64,000 nt of DNA from an uncultured virus (IMG/VR IMGVR_UViG_2718218494_000001) (IMGVR_UViG_2718218494_000001), one strand, 5' to 3'. Positions 1 through 10,343 are shown, numbered from the stretch's first letter. The notes: generated from the letters alone by a model not told the origin. Program-made: numbers and translations.

Positions 1-414
1 TCAGTCAACAAACATCGAGACCGGGATTTGAAATCGATTTGCCAGCGCCCGCATGTGATCAAAGGTCAGACTGCGTTCACCACTGAGGAACCGGCTGACG
101 AGCGATTTATTACCTATCTCGTTTTCGAAATCGGACTGAGAAAGCCCGTATTGCTGCATAAGAACCCGCAGCAACGATACACCGTTTTTGCCTGCTTCGA
201 AGCGCGTATTAAATTCTTCAAATTCCACCGCGTTATCTTCCCAGGCATCGATGCGGGCAGTCAGCATATCAACCAGCGGGCTGCCCGGATCATGTTCCAG
301 AAGATATTCAACGAGTTTACGTGCCTCTTCGTAATCTTTGCGGGACGAACTGCCACCCAGCAGAGGGACAATACTCGCCAGGTCATTCACCGCTTTATTG
401 GCATCGCTAATCAT
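1..414 (-). CDS. higA: HigA-like antitoxin (E. coli YgjM type, C-terminal HTH); no cognate toxin gene directly upstream
   Basis: Resembles E. coli HigA along its length (LLEHDPGSPLVDML, LMQQYGLSQSD, EIGNKSLVSR.LSGERSLT, RFQIPVSMFVD). Confidence 0.75.
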   Translation of the reverse strand: MISDANKAVNDLASIVPLLGGSSSRKDYEEARKLVEYLLEHDPGSPLVDMLTARIDAWEDNAVEFEEFNTRFEAGKNGVSLLRVLMQQYGLSQSDFENEIGNKSLVSRFLSGERSLTFDHMRALANRFQIPVSMFVD

Positions 415-693
415 TCAAACCTGCTGAATTTTAAAGTTAACACCGCAGGCTCTGGCGTACCGAACCAGCGTCTGAATACTCATTCGCGAAGCGTTCTTCT
501 CCATACGTGAGATAGTAGGCGCTTTGATGCCCATACGTTCTGCAACCTGTGCCGACGTCAAACCCGCTTCTTTTCTCCATGTTGCTAAGGTTTCCCGAAG
601 TAGCTCCGAGGCTTCTTCTGCCTCGAATGCCGCGCTGTACTCATGATCGTTCATTGCTTCGGTATGAACCTGGCTAAGGGTTTTATATTTCAT
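415..693 (-). CDS. XRE-family HTH antitoxin of the upstream RelE/HigB toxin
   Basis: HTH motif (GLTSAQVAERMGIKAPTISRME); overlaps the toxin stop codon. Confidence 0.8.
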   Translation of the reverse strand: MKYKTLSQVHTEAMNDHEYSAAFEAEEASELLRETLATWRKEAGLTSAQVAERMGIKAPTISRMEKNASRMSIQTLVRYARACGVNFKIQQV

Positions 694-1003
694 TCTGCAT
701 TTCCTCCAGTCTGCGAAGTGCCTGATCTATTTCTGCCGGGGGCGTTTTTGGCGATTTTTTGATAAAGATCCGAAGTAGAAAAATACGTTCACCACTCTGA
801 TATACCCAGATTCCGCGGGCGATATCTGCCCCCATTGTACGTATTTCGAAAAGGCCGTTTCCAAGCGGCTTGGTATCTGGCTCGCGTAGCTGGCGAGGGT
901 TTGCTTCCAGCTTCATGAGTAGCCTGGCCATTTTTGCACGAATGGCAGCAGGCAGAGCCGTAAACTCTTTTTCAGCCTCATCATGAAAGATGACTGTGAA
1001 CAT
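683..1003 (-). CDS. RelE/ParE (HigB-like, DUF891) toxin
   Basis: KPLGNGLFEIR and FIKKSPKTPPAEI motifs; toxin-first gene order; start taken at MFTVIF. Confidence 0.85.
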   Translation of the reverse strand: MFTVIFHDEAEKEFTALPAAIRAKMARLLMKLEANPRQLREPDTKPLGNGLFEIRTMGADIARGIWVYQSGERIFLLRIFIKKSPKTPPAEIDQALRRLEEMQNEI

Positions 1004-1034
1004 GAATGTAATCTCTGGTCCGTATGTGCACATA

Positions 1035-1074
1035 TTAGCTCAAAAGCTAACTTAGCTCAAGAGCTAAGTTAGCT
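1035..1074. promoter_or_regulatory. Tandem palindromic operator of the TA operon
   Basis: TTAGCTCAAAAGCTAA and TTAGCTCAAGAGCTAA in tandem just upstream of the toxin. Confidence 0.7.
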
Positions 1075-1083
1075 GGCTTCTCA

Positions 1084-1308
1084 CTACCCGACCTTTACGA
1101 CTTCAATGCCCAGGATCAGAGCGATGAATTCTGCTTTGTTCTGAAGCAACCAGGTGCGTGCTTCGGGTGCCTGAGCTTTGCTGATATCGATATCAAACTG
1201 ATTAAGCGCTGCAGCATCGGCGTGTCCAAGTGTAATACCGCGCCACTGCATCCCTGCAAAATAGGCGTTCCCTGCCCCCTGCTGGATTTTTCCTTTCACG
1301 TGTTCCAT
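1084..1308 (-). CDS. Hypothetical leading-region protein
   Basis: ORF with GAGG RBS, co-oriented with neighbours. Confidence 0.6.
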   Translation of the reverse strand: MEHVKGKIQQGAGNAYFAGMQWRGITLGHADAAALNQFDIDISKAQAPEARTWLLQNKAEFIALILGIEVVKVG

Positions 1309-1318
1309 TGCCCAGACC

Positions 1319-1531
1319 TCATTTCACACCCAGACGGCGGAACATATCGGCGATGATATTCCGGCGCGTATATGAAGCACCTGCGGCTTTCAGATCGGCC
1401 AGCACGTTATAGGCGTAACTGGCATCCTTTCCATGAAAAGCGATCACCTTTTCCGCTTTTGGTTCAAAACAGGATGGGGAAGTTTCCCGGAAGAAAGCCT
1501 CTGATGAGTGTTGATGGCCGTATACTTTCAT
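1319..1531 (-). CDS. Hypothetical leading-region protein
   Basis: ORF with GAGG RBS, co-oriented with neighbours. Confidence 0.6.
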   Translation of the reverse strand: MKVYGHQHSSEAFFRETSPSCFEPKAEKVIAFHGKDASYAYNVLADLKAAGASYTRRNIIADMFRRLGVK

Positions 1532-1591
1532 TTTGCGTTACCTCTGGTCTTTAAGGGATGGCAGCGATACGCCGCCATCCGTGTTTATTTC

Positions 1592-1948
1592 TCAGCAGTC
1601 GTTTGCCGCCAGTTCACTCATCAGTACATCCCGTGCTTCCAGCGCGCGTTCCTCTTCGGCTAGCGTCAGCAGATAGCCGCGCTTTGCCGCAGCGCCCATT
1701 AACACCGGACGGTCTTTCAACGGCAGCGCATCCAGATAATCCAGCGCACCACCCAGCAGATGGGCCTGATACAGCTCGTAATGCATACCGCAGCTCCGAC
1801 CAGCCTTTTTCTCGATACGTTCAAGCACTACATCGGCGCGGATAACATCGAACGGGTTTCGGGAATGAATGTTGCGCACAAAACCGTCAGTCCGGAGGGT
1901 TGTGCTTTCTTTGGTGGAGGGTTTTTCGTTGACGTTTTGTGTGCTCAT
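1592..1948 (-). CDS. Hypothetical protein; first gene after ssDNA-promoter repeat 1
   Basis: AGGAG RBS before MSTQNV. Confidence 0.65.
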   Translation of the reverse strand: MSTQNVNEKPSTKESTTLRTDGFVRNIHSRNPFDVIRADVVLERIEKKAGRSCGMHYELYQAHLLGGALDYLDALPLKDRPVLMGAAAKRGYLLTLAEEERALEARDVLMSELAANDC

Positions 1949-1978
1949 CCAGCTTTCTCCTTTGTCTGTTTTTCTGCC

Positions 1979-2568
1979 TTTTAAAACCATCACCCGTTGA
2001 GTTGCCGGGGCCGCGGTTTTGACTTTGTGCGGGGACCTGCTGAACCTGCCCCCTGGATATAACCTTCACCCGTTTGAGAGCCGTTCGCCGCGAGGGCGTA
2101 AACGAGCACGGCCCGGTGCAGATGTCCGGGGGTGAGCGGGAAATTTTTTTCGGTCTAATGAAGCGCAGCGGAATGGCCGGGAAAAATTTATTGCGAAAGG
2201 CTCTGCCGTCCCCTGGACAGCAAGACGGGTTGTGCTTGTCTCAGCCCCGGCGAATGGACTCAAACGGGTGATACGGGTACCAGGGGAAAGGAGCAGGCAC
2301 CCGCCGCAACGACGAAGAGCGCGGGCGCGAAACGGCGTTGCCCCGCAGAGTGCCGGCAGTCCTTCGCCGGCACGGTGAAAGCGGCGCGGCCGGAACGGCC
2401 GCAGCAAGCGCTGCCGTTGACTTTGACCTCAGACATCAGACACTAGCCGTCAGGCCCGAAACCGCGTAGCGGGTTCGGCGGAGCCCGGCAGGTGCGCAGC
2501 AGCTGCCCTGGCGGAGTGTGGCTCGACGACTGGACAGCGCAGCTGGCCAGGAGCCGAAGGGGTCCAGT
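1979..2568 (-). repeat. Leading-region repeat copy 1 (Frpo/ssi-like single-stranded promoter)
   Basis: Near-identical to 13684-14335 and largely to 10344-10960; long-range inverted repeats CACCCGTTTGAG/CTCAAACGGGTG and CCCCTGG/CCAGGGG. Confidence 0.75.
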
Positions 2569-2583
2569 GTTGTTATGCCTTTC

Positions 2584-2934
2584 TTATCGTTCCAGACGTT
2601 CGACGGTGGCCAGCAATTGCGGATAGGTCGCTGACTGACACTTTTCGTACAGTGATTTAGCTGCGGGTATCCCTTCCAGATAATCATCCGAGTCCCGAAT
2701 TTCCTGAGCCAGATATTCAATAAAGGCGGGTTCCACAACGGAGCCATTCAGCACATTAAGCAGAACCTGTGTTTCGTCGTCATCGAGAGGAAGGGCACAG
2801 GCGCGAACCAGATGCGCATAGCGATCAAAGATATTATTCAGCCGTTCAGTCACCCCTTCCCGGTGGGAGTTCAGATGTGCTCGCAGCTTAGGCGAAGGTG
2901 TGAAAGAGGGGTTGCGGGAGATCTCTTTTTTCAC
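2584..2934 (-). CDS. Hypothetical plasmid protein
   Basis: Clean ORF, translationally coupled to the upstream ORF. Confidence 0.7.
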   Translation of the reverse strand: MKKEISRNPSFTPSPKLRAHLNSHREGVTERLNNIFDRYAHLVRACALPLDDDETQVLLNVLNGSVVEPAFIEYLAQEIRDSDDYLEGIPAAKSLYEKCQSATYPQLLATVERLER

Positions 2935-3203
2935 TGGTTATCCTCAGAATACTGGCCCGACATCATTAAGAATTTGCGCCGCTCCCTCACGAACTGTCGG
3001 TACCATTTACGGGCAACACTGGCCAGATCGTCCTCAGAAGCGCCACAGGAAAGCGTACTCCCCATGAACCCTCCACCACAGCAAATCTGGGCGCCGGTGT
3101 TACCAGAATGTCCCGGGGACTCCAGGTGAACATAACCGCCACTGTCGGGTGCGTAAAAACTGAAAATTTCGCCGGTTTTACGGGATGTTATCGTGAAGTT
3201 CAT
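2931..3203 (-). CDS. Hypothetical plasmid protein
   Basis: AGGAG RBS before MNFTIT. Confidence 0.65.
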   Translation of the reverse strand: MNFTITSRKTGEIFSFYAPDSGGYVHLESPGHSGNTGAQICCGGGFMGSTLSCGASEDDLASVARKWYRQFVRERRKFLMMSGQYSEDNQ

Positions 3204-3902
3204 GCTGGCTCTCCTTTGGCTCACCCGCGACTGCGCTTCGCCTCACTGAGTTAAGTGGAACAATTTCTGTTCATTACGCAATCAACTGTATGACAGATGT
3301 CATACATAATCAACAAAAAAAAGCCTGCTTAAAAAGCAGGCGAACATCACTGGATCATATAAGGAATGAACTGCAGTATCACCTGGCAGACCGGGCGACT
3401 GATTTACCAGGAAAGCGGATACCGCGCATTGCACGAATAAGTTATAGCAGCACTTTTCCGGAAGGAAAACCCGCCCGGCAGGCGGGCGGGTTAAGTGCTA
3501 TGCAACCTGATGTAGCGCCGGGTTTCCCCGGGGAGCCTTTGGACAGCCTCACTGACTCGTGGTCTTTTAACTCTGCCGTTGCTGTTTCCACCCCTCCGTA
3601 AAGAGGGCTACGCTACAGAGAGAACTTATCACCAGAACCCAAATGTTCACAATCAATCACTATTTTTTTCAGACTGATGACAGGGTGTTACGAAGAATGA
3701 AGGATGTTAATGTGACTTGCGATTCATTGAATCTGTGTTGTAGGTAGATGAAAGATTTTTGCCCGCCTGTCGCGCGGGTTTTTTTTCCTGCTTACAGGAA
3801 AAAGGGGCTACCGGCGAACCGGCAACCCCTTCATAAAGGCGCTTCAGGCATGTCAGACCAACGCAGCCCTGAAAAGGCGGAGTATTCCCCGCCTCCAGGT
3901 TG

Positions 3903-4064
3903 CTACTTACCGTTGGATTCGTAAGCCAGGCTTGCCGCGACCTCCCTGTTCCCGTCCTTTAGCCGGACTTCGCATAAGCGGTTCCGGGTCAGGCATGTGA
4001 ATATCAAGAGCGTTAAACAGACGATTAATACGCACCAGACCAGGGCGTTTCGCGGTAGTTTCAT
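3903..4064 (-). CDS. hok: Hok/FlmA-family type I membrane toxin (53 aa, not in the ORF track)
   Basis: Translates [53 protein letters not shown]; fold-back element at ~3836-3850. Confidence 0.93.
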   Translation of the reverse strand: MKLPRNALVWCVLIVCLTLLIFTCLTRNRLCEVRLKDGNREVAASLAYESNGK

Positions 4065-4077
4065 GGTTTACTCCTCC

Positions 4078-5173
4078 TGTGTAAGTTCACACAGATATTG
4101 CAATTGCCTCAGAACACTAAAGGAGGGATTGCCAGATGTTGATGCAGCATATCGGTGTCGGCTATTTTGGGTATTACCGAGCAACTGCTTATGCGATGAA
4201 ACACTCTCTTATGCCCGAGATTGCGAAGTTAAGAATGAAGGCTCTGAACTTCTGGGATAAGCACGGGATCCGTGCCGCAGCTGATGCTTTTGACGTATCA
4301 ACGCGAACACTCTACTGGTGGCGCCGGTTACTGCGCACCGGTGGTCCAGAAGCACTAATTCCAAGAAGCAAAGCCCCTCTGGTTCGCCGTTCAAGGCACT
4401 GGCATCCTGATGTACTCAAGGAGATCAGGCGTCTGAGAACTGAGTTACCCAATCTCGGCAAAGAGCAGATTTTTGTCAGGCTGAAACCATGGTGTGAAGC
4501 GCGGCATTTTACCTGTCCCAGCACGTCAACCATTGGAAGAATCATTGCTGGTGCTCACGATAAAATGCGGATGATCCCCGTACGCCTCAGCGCCAGGGGC
4601 AAAGCCCGGTTGATAAAAAAACGCTCAGTGAAGCCCAGAAGACCAAAACAATACCGCCCGGTAAAAACAGGCGAACTCATAGGGATGGACGCGATTGAAC
4701 TCAGGATGGGGGACCTACGCCGCTATATCATTACCATGATCGACGAGCACAGCGACTATGCGCTGGCCCTGGCGGTCCCTTCACTCAACAGCGATATTAC
4801 CAGCCATTTCTTCAGCAAGGCCACAAAGCTCTTTCCTGTCGCTATCAGACAAGTTGTCACTGACAACGGTAAGGAGTTCCTCGGTAACTTTGATAAAACG
4901 CTACAGGAAGCCTCGATTAAACACATCTGGACCTATCCGTACACACCGAAAATGAATGCGACCTGTGAGCGATTTAACCGGACACTTAGAGAACAATTTA
5001 TTGAATTCAATGAATTGTTGCTTTTTGAGGACCTGAATTTGTTTAATCAAAGAATGGCTGAATATCTGGTGCTGTATAACAGCAAAAGGCCACATAAATC
5101 ACTCGAACTGATGACGCCAGTGGACTATATTTTACGTGAGAGTAAAAATTGCAATATGTGGTGGACCCATACA
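4078..5173 (+). mobile_element. IS481-family insertion sequence, 1096 bp (ISKpn28-like)
   Basis: TGT...ACA ends; imperfect IRs sharing ATATTGCAATT; 5-bp target duplication CCTCC (4073-4077 and 5174-5178). Confidence 0.9.
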
Positions 5174-5215
5174 CCTCCTTGCAAATTGCACGGTAAGAGG
5201 CCATACTGGTGTTGA
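4136..5215 (+). CDS. tnpA: IS481-family DDE transposase; reads through the right IR
   Basis: N-terminal HTH plus rve core (MD, TDNGKEF, ERFNRTL, YNSKRPH). Confidence 0.92.
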   Translation: MLMQHIGVGYFGYYRATAYAMKHSLMPEIAKLRMKALNFWDKHGIRAAADAFDVSTRTLYWWRRLLRTGGPEALIPRSKAPLVRRSRHWHPDVLKEIRRLRTELPNLGKEQIFVRLKPWCEARHFTCPSTSTIGRIIAGAHDKMRMIPVRLSARGKARLIKKRSVKPRRPKQYRPVKTGELIGMDAIELRMGDLRRYIITMIDEHSDYALALAVPSLNSDITSHFFSKATKLFPVAIRQVVTDNGKEFLGNFDKTLQEASIKHIWTYPYTPKMNATCERFNRTLREQFIEFNELLLFEDLNLFNQRMAEYLVLYNSKRPHKSLELMTPVDYILRESKNCNMWWTHTPPCKLHGKRPYWC

Positions 5216-5272
5216 CTAGACATTCAGTGGGCCTCGTGGGTTAATGAAAATTAACTACGGGGCTTTCTGCTT
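5214..5272 (+). ncRNA. sok: Sok antisense RNA
   Basis: GACTAGACAT...GTTAATGAAAATTAAC...GGGGCTTT matches the R1 Sok layout and is antisense to the mok start; hok leader hairpin at ~5310-5333. Confidence 0.85.
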
Positions 5273-5392
5273 TCTGCCACACAACACGGTAACAAACCAC
5301 CTTCACGTCATGAGGCAAAAAGCCTCAAGCGCCACGTCGATTATACCGGGCCGGTGCTATTTCTTACCAGGTATATCCACGCTTTATGCTGC

Positions 5393-5794
5393 TTAGCGCT
5401 TTAAATATCTAATGTATACCCATCCCGCGATCAAGACGCCCGTGCCCAGCGCAAGATTAGGCAAAATAACATCGTTTGCACTTGCATATATGGTATTAGG
5501 ATCATGTTGCCCCCAGAATGCCAGCTTGTACCCGATGCCCCAGACAAAGAATATAATCCCGGCAATCAGAACGCCGAATTTTATTACGCCGAGCAGGATT
5601 CCATCTAACCAGTCAGGCGGATCACGCCATGTGATGACCGCAGCTATTAGTGTGCAGATGATTTGGCCTGCATAATAACAAGGGGAACCATACCATTCCG
5701 GAGCAACATGCTTCACGATAAAATAGAACAGCACGTTCATTAAGATAACGAGCAACCAGTACCTCATAGTTCTGCTTTCCTTGTATTTGGCCAT
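5393..5794 (-). CDS. Hypothetical multi-pass membrane protein (lower GC)
   Basis: About four hydrophobic segments. Confidence 0.6.
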   Translation of the reverse strand: MAKYKESRTMRYWLLVILMNVLFYFIVKHVAPEWYGSPCYYAGQIICTLIAAVITWRDPPDWLDGILLGVIKFGVLIAGIIFFVWGIGYKLAFWGQHDPNTIYASANDVILPNLALGTGVLIAGWVYIRYLKR

Positions 5795-5822
5795 CTGAGT
5801 TGTCAGACAGCATTGTACTTAT

Positions 5823-6149
5823 TCATCGGGCGGACTTGCCATTGAAATACTCCGGACGCGCAGCCAGTTCACGCTCGATTAACTCGTCGGCAAACAAAGG
5901 GGCAACACGATTAATACGTGCCTGCATGTTGCGCCTTCTCACCGCTGCTTTCCGTTCATCGCTCCAGCGTTGGATCTGTTTCTGGCCGAGAAAATCCACG
6001 CATACAGCGTAACCTGAGCCAGCCACCCAGCGTGACATCACCTCTTCAGGTGCCGCCTGCCCAGCCTCCACGACAACGGAAATCAGTTCCCGTGGACCTG
6101 GGCAGGGCCTGTGCGGCAGTTTCCAGCGCAGAGAATAGCGCCACTTCAT
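5823..6149 (-). CDS. Conserved leading-region protein downstream of psiA
   Basis: Overlaps the psiA stop; typical IncF arrangement. Confidence 0.7.
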   Translation of the reverse strand: MKWRYSLRWKLPHRPCPGPRELISVVVEAGQAAPEEVMSRWVAGSGYAVCVDFLGQKQIQRWSDERKAAVRRRNMQARINRVAPLFADELIERELAARPEYFNGKSAR

Positions 6150-6874
6150 ACACCACTCCGATCAGCCAGCTTATTTGGCACCTGCCAGCGTTCAGCAACA
6201 CGAATATGCTCAGGTGTTTCCCGGACAATAAACGGAATTTCGTACATCACTGCATACAGCGGCTCACCGCTGATGCGAAGCCAGTCAAGTTCCTTCAGCG
6301 ATGCGAATCGCGACTGCCAGCGCCAGAACGGTGCTGCAAGCTCTGCCGCGTCAAACTCGTCGCTCCACCGGGTGTACCAGGTGCAGACGGTTTCCGGTGA
6401 CTGAAAATTCAGTTCTGTGACAGCCTGTCCCAGCAGGTTCTGACGCAGTAACCAGGACTGCTCGACCTGACGGGCTTCACGGCGCATTTTTCGGGTGAAG
6501 GCAAAGTCCTGACGTTTTAGCCTGCGTACTGTTCGGGTATGAAGGACTTCCGGAAAATTTTCAGCCTGCACATCCATTGTCAGCGGCAGCGGACAGTATT
6601 CCCCGTGGCTGGAGATAAGCATATCCAGCGCCTCTTCTACCTGTTTCAGGCTGGAAAGGCGGTCTTTTGGATCACGGTGAATGCCAGGAATACGGCGGGC
6701 AACGTCACTGTTAATCCGGCTACAGCCTGTCAGCAGGCGCAGGAATGTCCGGACGTGTGGCATCGATGGCAGACGTGCGCCGCGCTGGCGAGCCTCTTCC
6801 ACCGTCATGATGGCCTGCAGCGCTGCCTGACGGGCTGGTTTCAGGGATACAAGAGCACTGGATGACGGGATCAT
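6146..6874 (-). CDS. psiA: Plasmid SOS inhibition protein A
   Basis: ALVSLKPARQAALQAI N-terminus, AERWQVPNKL C-terminus; follows psiB. Confidence 0.92.
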   Translation of the reverse strand: MIPSSSALVSLKPARQAALQAIMTVEEARQRGARLPSMPHVRTFLRLLTGCSRINSDVARRIPGIHRDPKDRLSSLKQVEEALDMLISSHGEYCPLPLTMDVQAENFPEVLHTRTVRRLKRQDFAFTRKMRREARQVEQSWLLRQNLLGQAVTELNFQSPETVCTWYTRWSDEFDAAELAAPFWRWQSRFASLKELDWLRISGEPLYAVMYEIPFIVRETPEHIRVAERWQVPNKLADRSGV

Positions 6875-7302
6875 TGTGCGCCCTCCTGTGACAGCGTGCT
6901 GATGATGCTGGCAAACGAGTAGCCACCGGCGTCAAGACACTCGATGAGATCCAGAGTATGGGTGATGAGTTCAGGGTTGAATGCATCCATCACGCGAACG
7001 ACAGAGAACGGCTGACCGTCACGGGTAACAAAGACCACTATCCAGCGAGGATTCAGCTCCCCCGAACTGCATACCGCCACATCAAAGTGACCATGAGGGG
7101 GGGTAAAACGGATCTGGACAGGAAAGAAGCCGCCAAATTCGCACCGGTATTCGGCATTCACGGACCAGCCGGACGGTGAGGTCAGATCGCGCATGACAGC
7201 GTGACTCAGCTCCCGGCGAAAGTCTTCACCGGCGGCGCGGTAGTCTTCCAGCTCATCAGAAGACATGGTTTTCAGGACATCCAGAGTCAGTAACGTTTTC
7301 AT
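6871..7302 (-). CDS. psiB: Plasmid SOS inhibition protein B (RecA inhibitor)
   Basis: MKT.LTL.VL.TMS..ELEDYRAAG.DFRRELSHAVMRDL. Confidence 0.95.
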   Translation of the reverse strand: MKTLLTLDVLKTMSSDELEDYRAAGEDFRRELSHAVMRDLTSPSGWSVNAEYRCEFGGFFPVQIRFTPPHGHFDVAVCSSGELNPRWIVVFVTRDGQPFSVVRVMDAFNPELITHTLDLIECLDAGGYSFASIISTLSQEGAQ

Positions 7303-7368
7303 TTTCAGTCTCCTTATCGCCGCCCCGCAGGGCGGCGTCTCCGTTATCAGGCGGCGCAGGCCGGGTTG

Positions 7369-9405
7369 TTATGGTCGGTGACGGTCGCCGGCATCAACGT
7401 CGGTATCGTTCTGACTTGTTGCCAGACTGAGTTCAGACTTTGCGGCAAGCTGTTTCTGGTTGTCAGCACTGGTCATCCATTCCGGAACCCAACGGATTTT
7501 TGAGAGGAAGTGCTCTGCATGTTCAGCGGCATCCTTTTTCTTCATCTTCGCGGCGTCCTGTGCTGCGCCAGCCAGTCCGGTCTGAGAGAGTGCCTGTACA
7601 ATGTGTGGCAGCTTCATGTGCGAGAAAAGGTTATCAGCCGTCGGTTTCCACCAGTCACGAAGGTCAAACTGAATGGCGTTTTCCACCCCATCCAGCGAAC
7701 TCTGGTGTTTACGACCAAATTCATCCTTGCCCTGTACACCATCTATGGAACAGGCGGTGCAGAAAGCCATCAGTGCCATCAGGGTTGCGCCATCGAGCGT
7801 AAAGAAGGTGGTCATATCCTTTCGCCAGTTTTCCGGCAGCAGGGCTTCAAGACGTTCTTTTTCTGACTGGATGGCCTGAAACGCAACGCTGTTTTCACCG
7901 TCAGGTGCTTCACGGGTCAGCGCGTAATGCGACACACTCACGCTAATGCAGAACGGCTCTTTGACGGACGTTGTGGTATGGAAAACCGAGTTACACATTT
8001 TCCAGACCATCAGCGCGACGGCTTTCTGCGGCTGCTGCAACAGGGCCGCCTGAACCGCCAGTGTGCGTTCAGAAGAAAGGCGGGTCAGCAACGGGACACT
8101 GACGGCGTCCAGCGGATCGACTTTTTCAGGTGCCTGATCGGTGGATGCATCCTTCTCCTCCATTTTTTCATCGGCGCACAGCACCACACCGCGCTGTACT
8201 TTCACCTCCTGGCCAGTCCAGGAAACCACCACTCCGGCAGATTGCTTCATTTCATCCGTCCATGCCCGGTGTTTTGCCCGGTGCGCGATGGTCTGCTGTT
8301 CTTCCCAGACGGCTTCCAGAGCCCCGGCCACGACGTCATCATTCACGCTGGGGTTCTCGTCTTCATACTTAGCTTCCAGAGCTTCCAACTCTGCAAGACG
8401 TTCTGATTCGGCTTCGGTATATTCCACAGGCGGGACAGCATGCAGGCGCCAGATTTTAGTGTCCTTCCCGTAGTGTGAAATCGGGTCAAGACGACCATCA
8501 CACCATGACCAGCCTTCCGCTTCGCGGAGGTGCTCCGCGATGTTCTGCAGTTTTTCCAGCAGGGCGGTATCGAGCGATGCACTTTTGACATAGCCGCGGT
8601 TTTCGCTGCTGAAGAGATCAACCCGGATTTCATCCGGACTGAATGCGGCCTCTCCCACAAAGCGGAATTTGTCGCCGTTTGTGGAAACCTCTTCTGAGGT
8701 AATGAGGTTACGGATCGAGGAAACTGATACTTCATTATTCCAGGACCGTTTGCGGGCGGATTCCAGCACTTCCACCTGGCGTTTCTGATCGCTTTCGAGC
8801 GCCAGTGCCTGGCAGTGTTCGGTGGTGATTTCATCCTTCGCCAGCGCCGCCAGAATTTCGGGAGCCAGTTCGGTCAGTTTCAACATGCGCTGAACATGAC
8901 GCGTACCGAACCCCAGCAAATCGCCAATCTGCGCGGGGGTTTTCCCCTGCTCTGCCAGTGTGCGGAACCCGGCGATCTGTTCAGACGGATGCATTGCCAT
9001 CTGCTGTTCGTTTTCTGCCATTGATGCCGCAACAGCCAGTTCATCAGGTACCTTTTTCACCATCACCTGATATCCGGCATCGATACGGTTTTCACTCTGC
9101 AGGAGCTGCAGCGCTTTCAGGCGACGACCACCGGCAGCCACACCACAGCGACCATCCGGGAGGTTATGCACGACCAGATTCTGCAACAGGCCAATGGCTT
9201 CAATGGAATCAGCCATTGAACAGACTTTCTCCGCCGGATAGGGAATGGTCCTGACGTTCAGGGGAGACTTCACCAGTGCAGACACCGGGACATACTCGAC
9301 CTGTGCGGCATCGAGAGCCACTTTAAGCGCCTCAGCCTCGGCAGACTTAAGTGTTTTTTTGCTGGTTTTCGGTGCAGTTTTTACCTTAGACTCTGTTGCA
9401 GACAT
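7369..9405 (-). CDS. ParB/RepB/Spo0J-family leading-region protein
   Basis: ParB N-terminal motifs (KSPLNVR, GLLQNL, AGGRRL, ENEQ); position between ssb and psiB. Confidence 0.9.
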   Translation of the reverse strand: MSATESKVKTAPKTSKKTLKSAEAEALKVALDAAQVEYVPVSALVKSPLNVRTIPYPAEKVCSMADSIEAIGLLQNLVVHNLPDGRCGVAAGGRRLKALQLLQSENRIDAGYQVMVKKVPDELAVAASMAENEQQMAMHPSEQIAGFRTLAEQGKTPAQIGDLLGFGTRHVQRMLKLTELAPEILAALAKDEITTEHCQALALESDQKRQVEVLESARKRSWNNEVSVSSIRNLITSEEVSTNGDKFRFVGEAAFSPDEIRVDLFSSENRGYVKSASLDTALLEKLQNIAEHLREAEGWSWCDGRLDPISHYGKDTKIWRLHAVPPVEYTEAESERLAELEALEAKYEDENPSVNDDVVAGALEAVWEEQQTIAHRAKHRAWTDEMKQSAGVVVSWTGQEVKVQRGVVLCADEKMEEKDASTDQAPEKVDPLDAVSVPLLTRLSSERTLAVQAALLQQPQKAVALMVWKMCNSVFHTTTSVKEPFCISVSVSHYALTREAPDGENSVAFQAIQSEKERLEALLPENWRKDMTTFFTLDGATLMALMAFCTACSIDGVQGKDEFGRKHQSSLDGVENAIQFDLRDWWKPTADNLFSHMKLPHIVQALSQTGLAGAAQDAAKMKKKDAAEHAEHFLSKIRWVPEWMTSADNQKQLAAKSELSLATSQNDTDVDAGDRHRP

Positions 9406-9474
9406 AATTGATACCTCTTAGCTATTGATGAATGTCTGCCGGACAGCCCACCTGTCCGGCCTTCTTCTTACTGC

Positions 9475-9723
9475 TTACTTCGTTTTGCGTACTCCGTAGT
9501 CCCGGATGTAGCGGTTCATTATGTCCTCGCCGCCCGGTTCAAAATTCCATACGCGCCAGATCATGCTGCCGTCATCCTTATGACGGACGACAAGGCGAAA
9601 ATGGGTCCCCTGGTCATCTTCAATCGCCACATTCTGATACTGCGCTGCGACAACCTGAGCCTGCTCGCGGGTAAACGTGCCATCCGGCAGGGATACAAGC
9701 GGGGACAAAACGTTATGGTCCAT
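9475..9723 (-). CDS. DUF905-family protein
   Basis: [11 protein letters not shown]...[19 protein letters not shown] motif. Confidence 0.8.
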   Translation of the reverse strand: MDHNVLSPLVSLPDGTFTREQAQVVAAQYQNVAIEDDQGTHFRLVVRHKDDGSMIWRVWNFEPGGEDIMNRYIRDYGVRKTK

Positions 9724-9771
9724 GTGTTTCTCCTTTTCTGCCCCGCCTGAACGGGGCGTCTTCATCGTGGT

Positions 9772-10314
9772 TTAAAAGGGCGCGTCATCATCCATTGGTG
9801 GGAAATCATTCGGGAGAGGCTGAGGCGGTTGCTGAGACGGGGCGGCATCCTGACGGCCTTTCTTACCGCCCTTCGCTTTCGGGGATTTAGCTGCGGCCTG
9901 AGCAGGTTGTGCCGGGGTGGCAGGATTCTGCGGCTGCGCGGCGCTCTCAGGCACTCCGGATTCACGGCGGCCGCCGAGCATCTGCAGGGTGCCGTTCTGC
10001 CCGACCAGCACCTCGGTGACGTAGCGCGTGACTCCGGCATCGTCCTGCCAGTTGCGGGTGCGCAGTTGGCCCTCGATGTAGGCCTGTGCGCCTTTACGCA
10101 GGTATTCGCCCGCCACTTCCGCGAGCTTGCCGAACATGACAACACGGTGCCACTCGGTGTTTTCGCGCATCTCTCCCGTCTGCTTGTCACGCCATGTTTC
10201 AGACGTGGCCAGCGTCAGATTGGCCACTGCGCCCCCGTTGGGCATGTAACGCACTTCCGGGTCCTGTCCCAGATGTCCAACCAGAATGACTTTGTTAACG
10301 CCACGTGCTGCCAT
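9772..10314 (-). CDS. ssb: Plasmid single-stranded DNA-binding protein
   Basis: [19 protein letters not shown]; acidic DDDAPF tail. Confidence 0.97.
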   Translation of the reverse strand: MAARGVNKVILVGHLGQDPEVRYMPNGGAVANLTLATSETWRDKQTGEMRENTEWHRVVMFGKLAEVAGEYLRKGAQAYIEGQLRTRNWQDDAGVTRYVTEVLVGQNGTLQMLGGRRESGVPESAAQPQNPATPAQPAQAAAKSPKAKGGKKGRQDAAPSQQPPQPLPNDFPPMDDDAPF

Positions 10315-10343
10315 GATGAATCTCCTTAATCCGTTGTTTTGCC

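Noticed and set aside
2066..2407. ORFs within the leading-region repeats (also 10439-10756, 13676-14104, 14211-14690)
   Set aside because: Frames and lengths differ between near-identical copies; better explained as structured non-coding DNA
7345..7390. Possible +1 frameshift at the extreme C-terminus of the ParB-like gene
   Set aside because: Would change only the last ~10 residues; cannot be confirmed and is unlikely to matter
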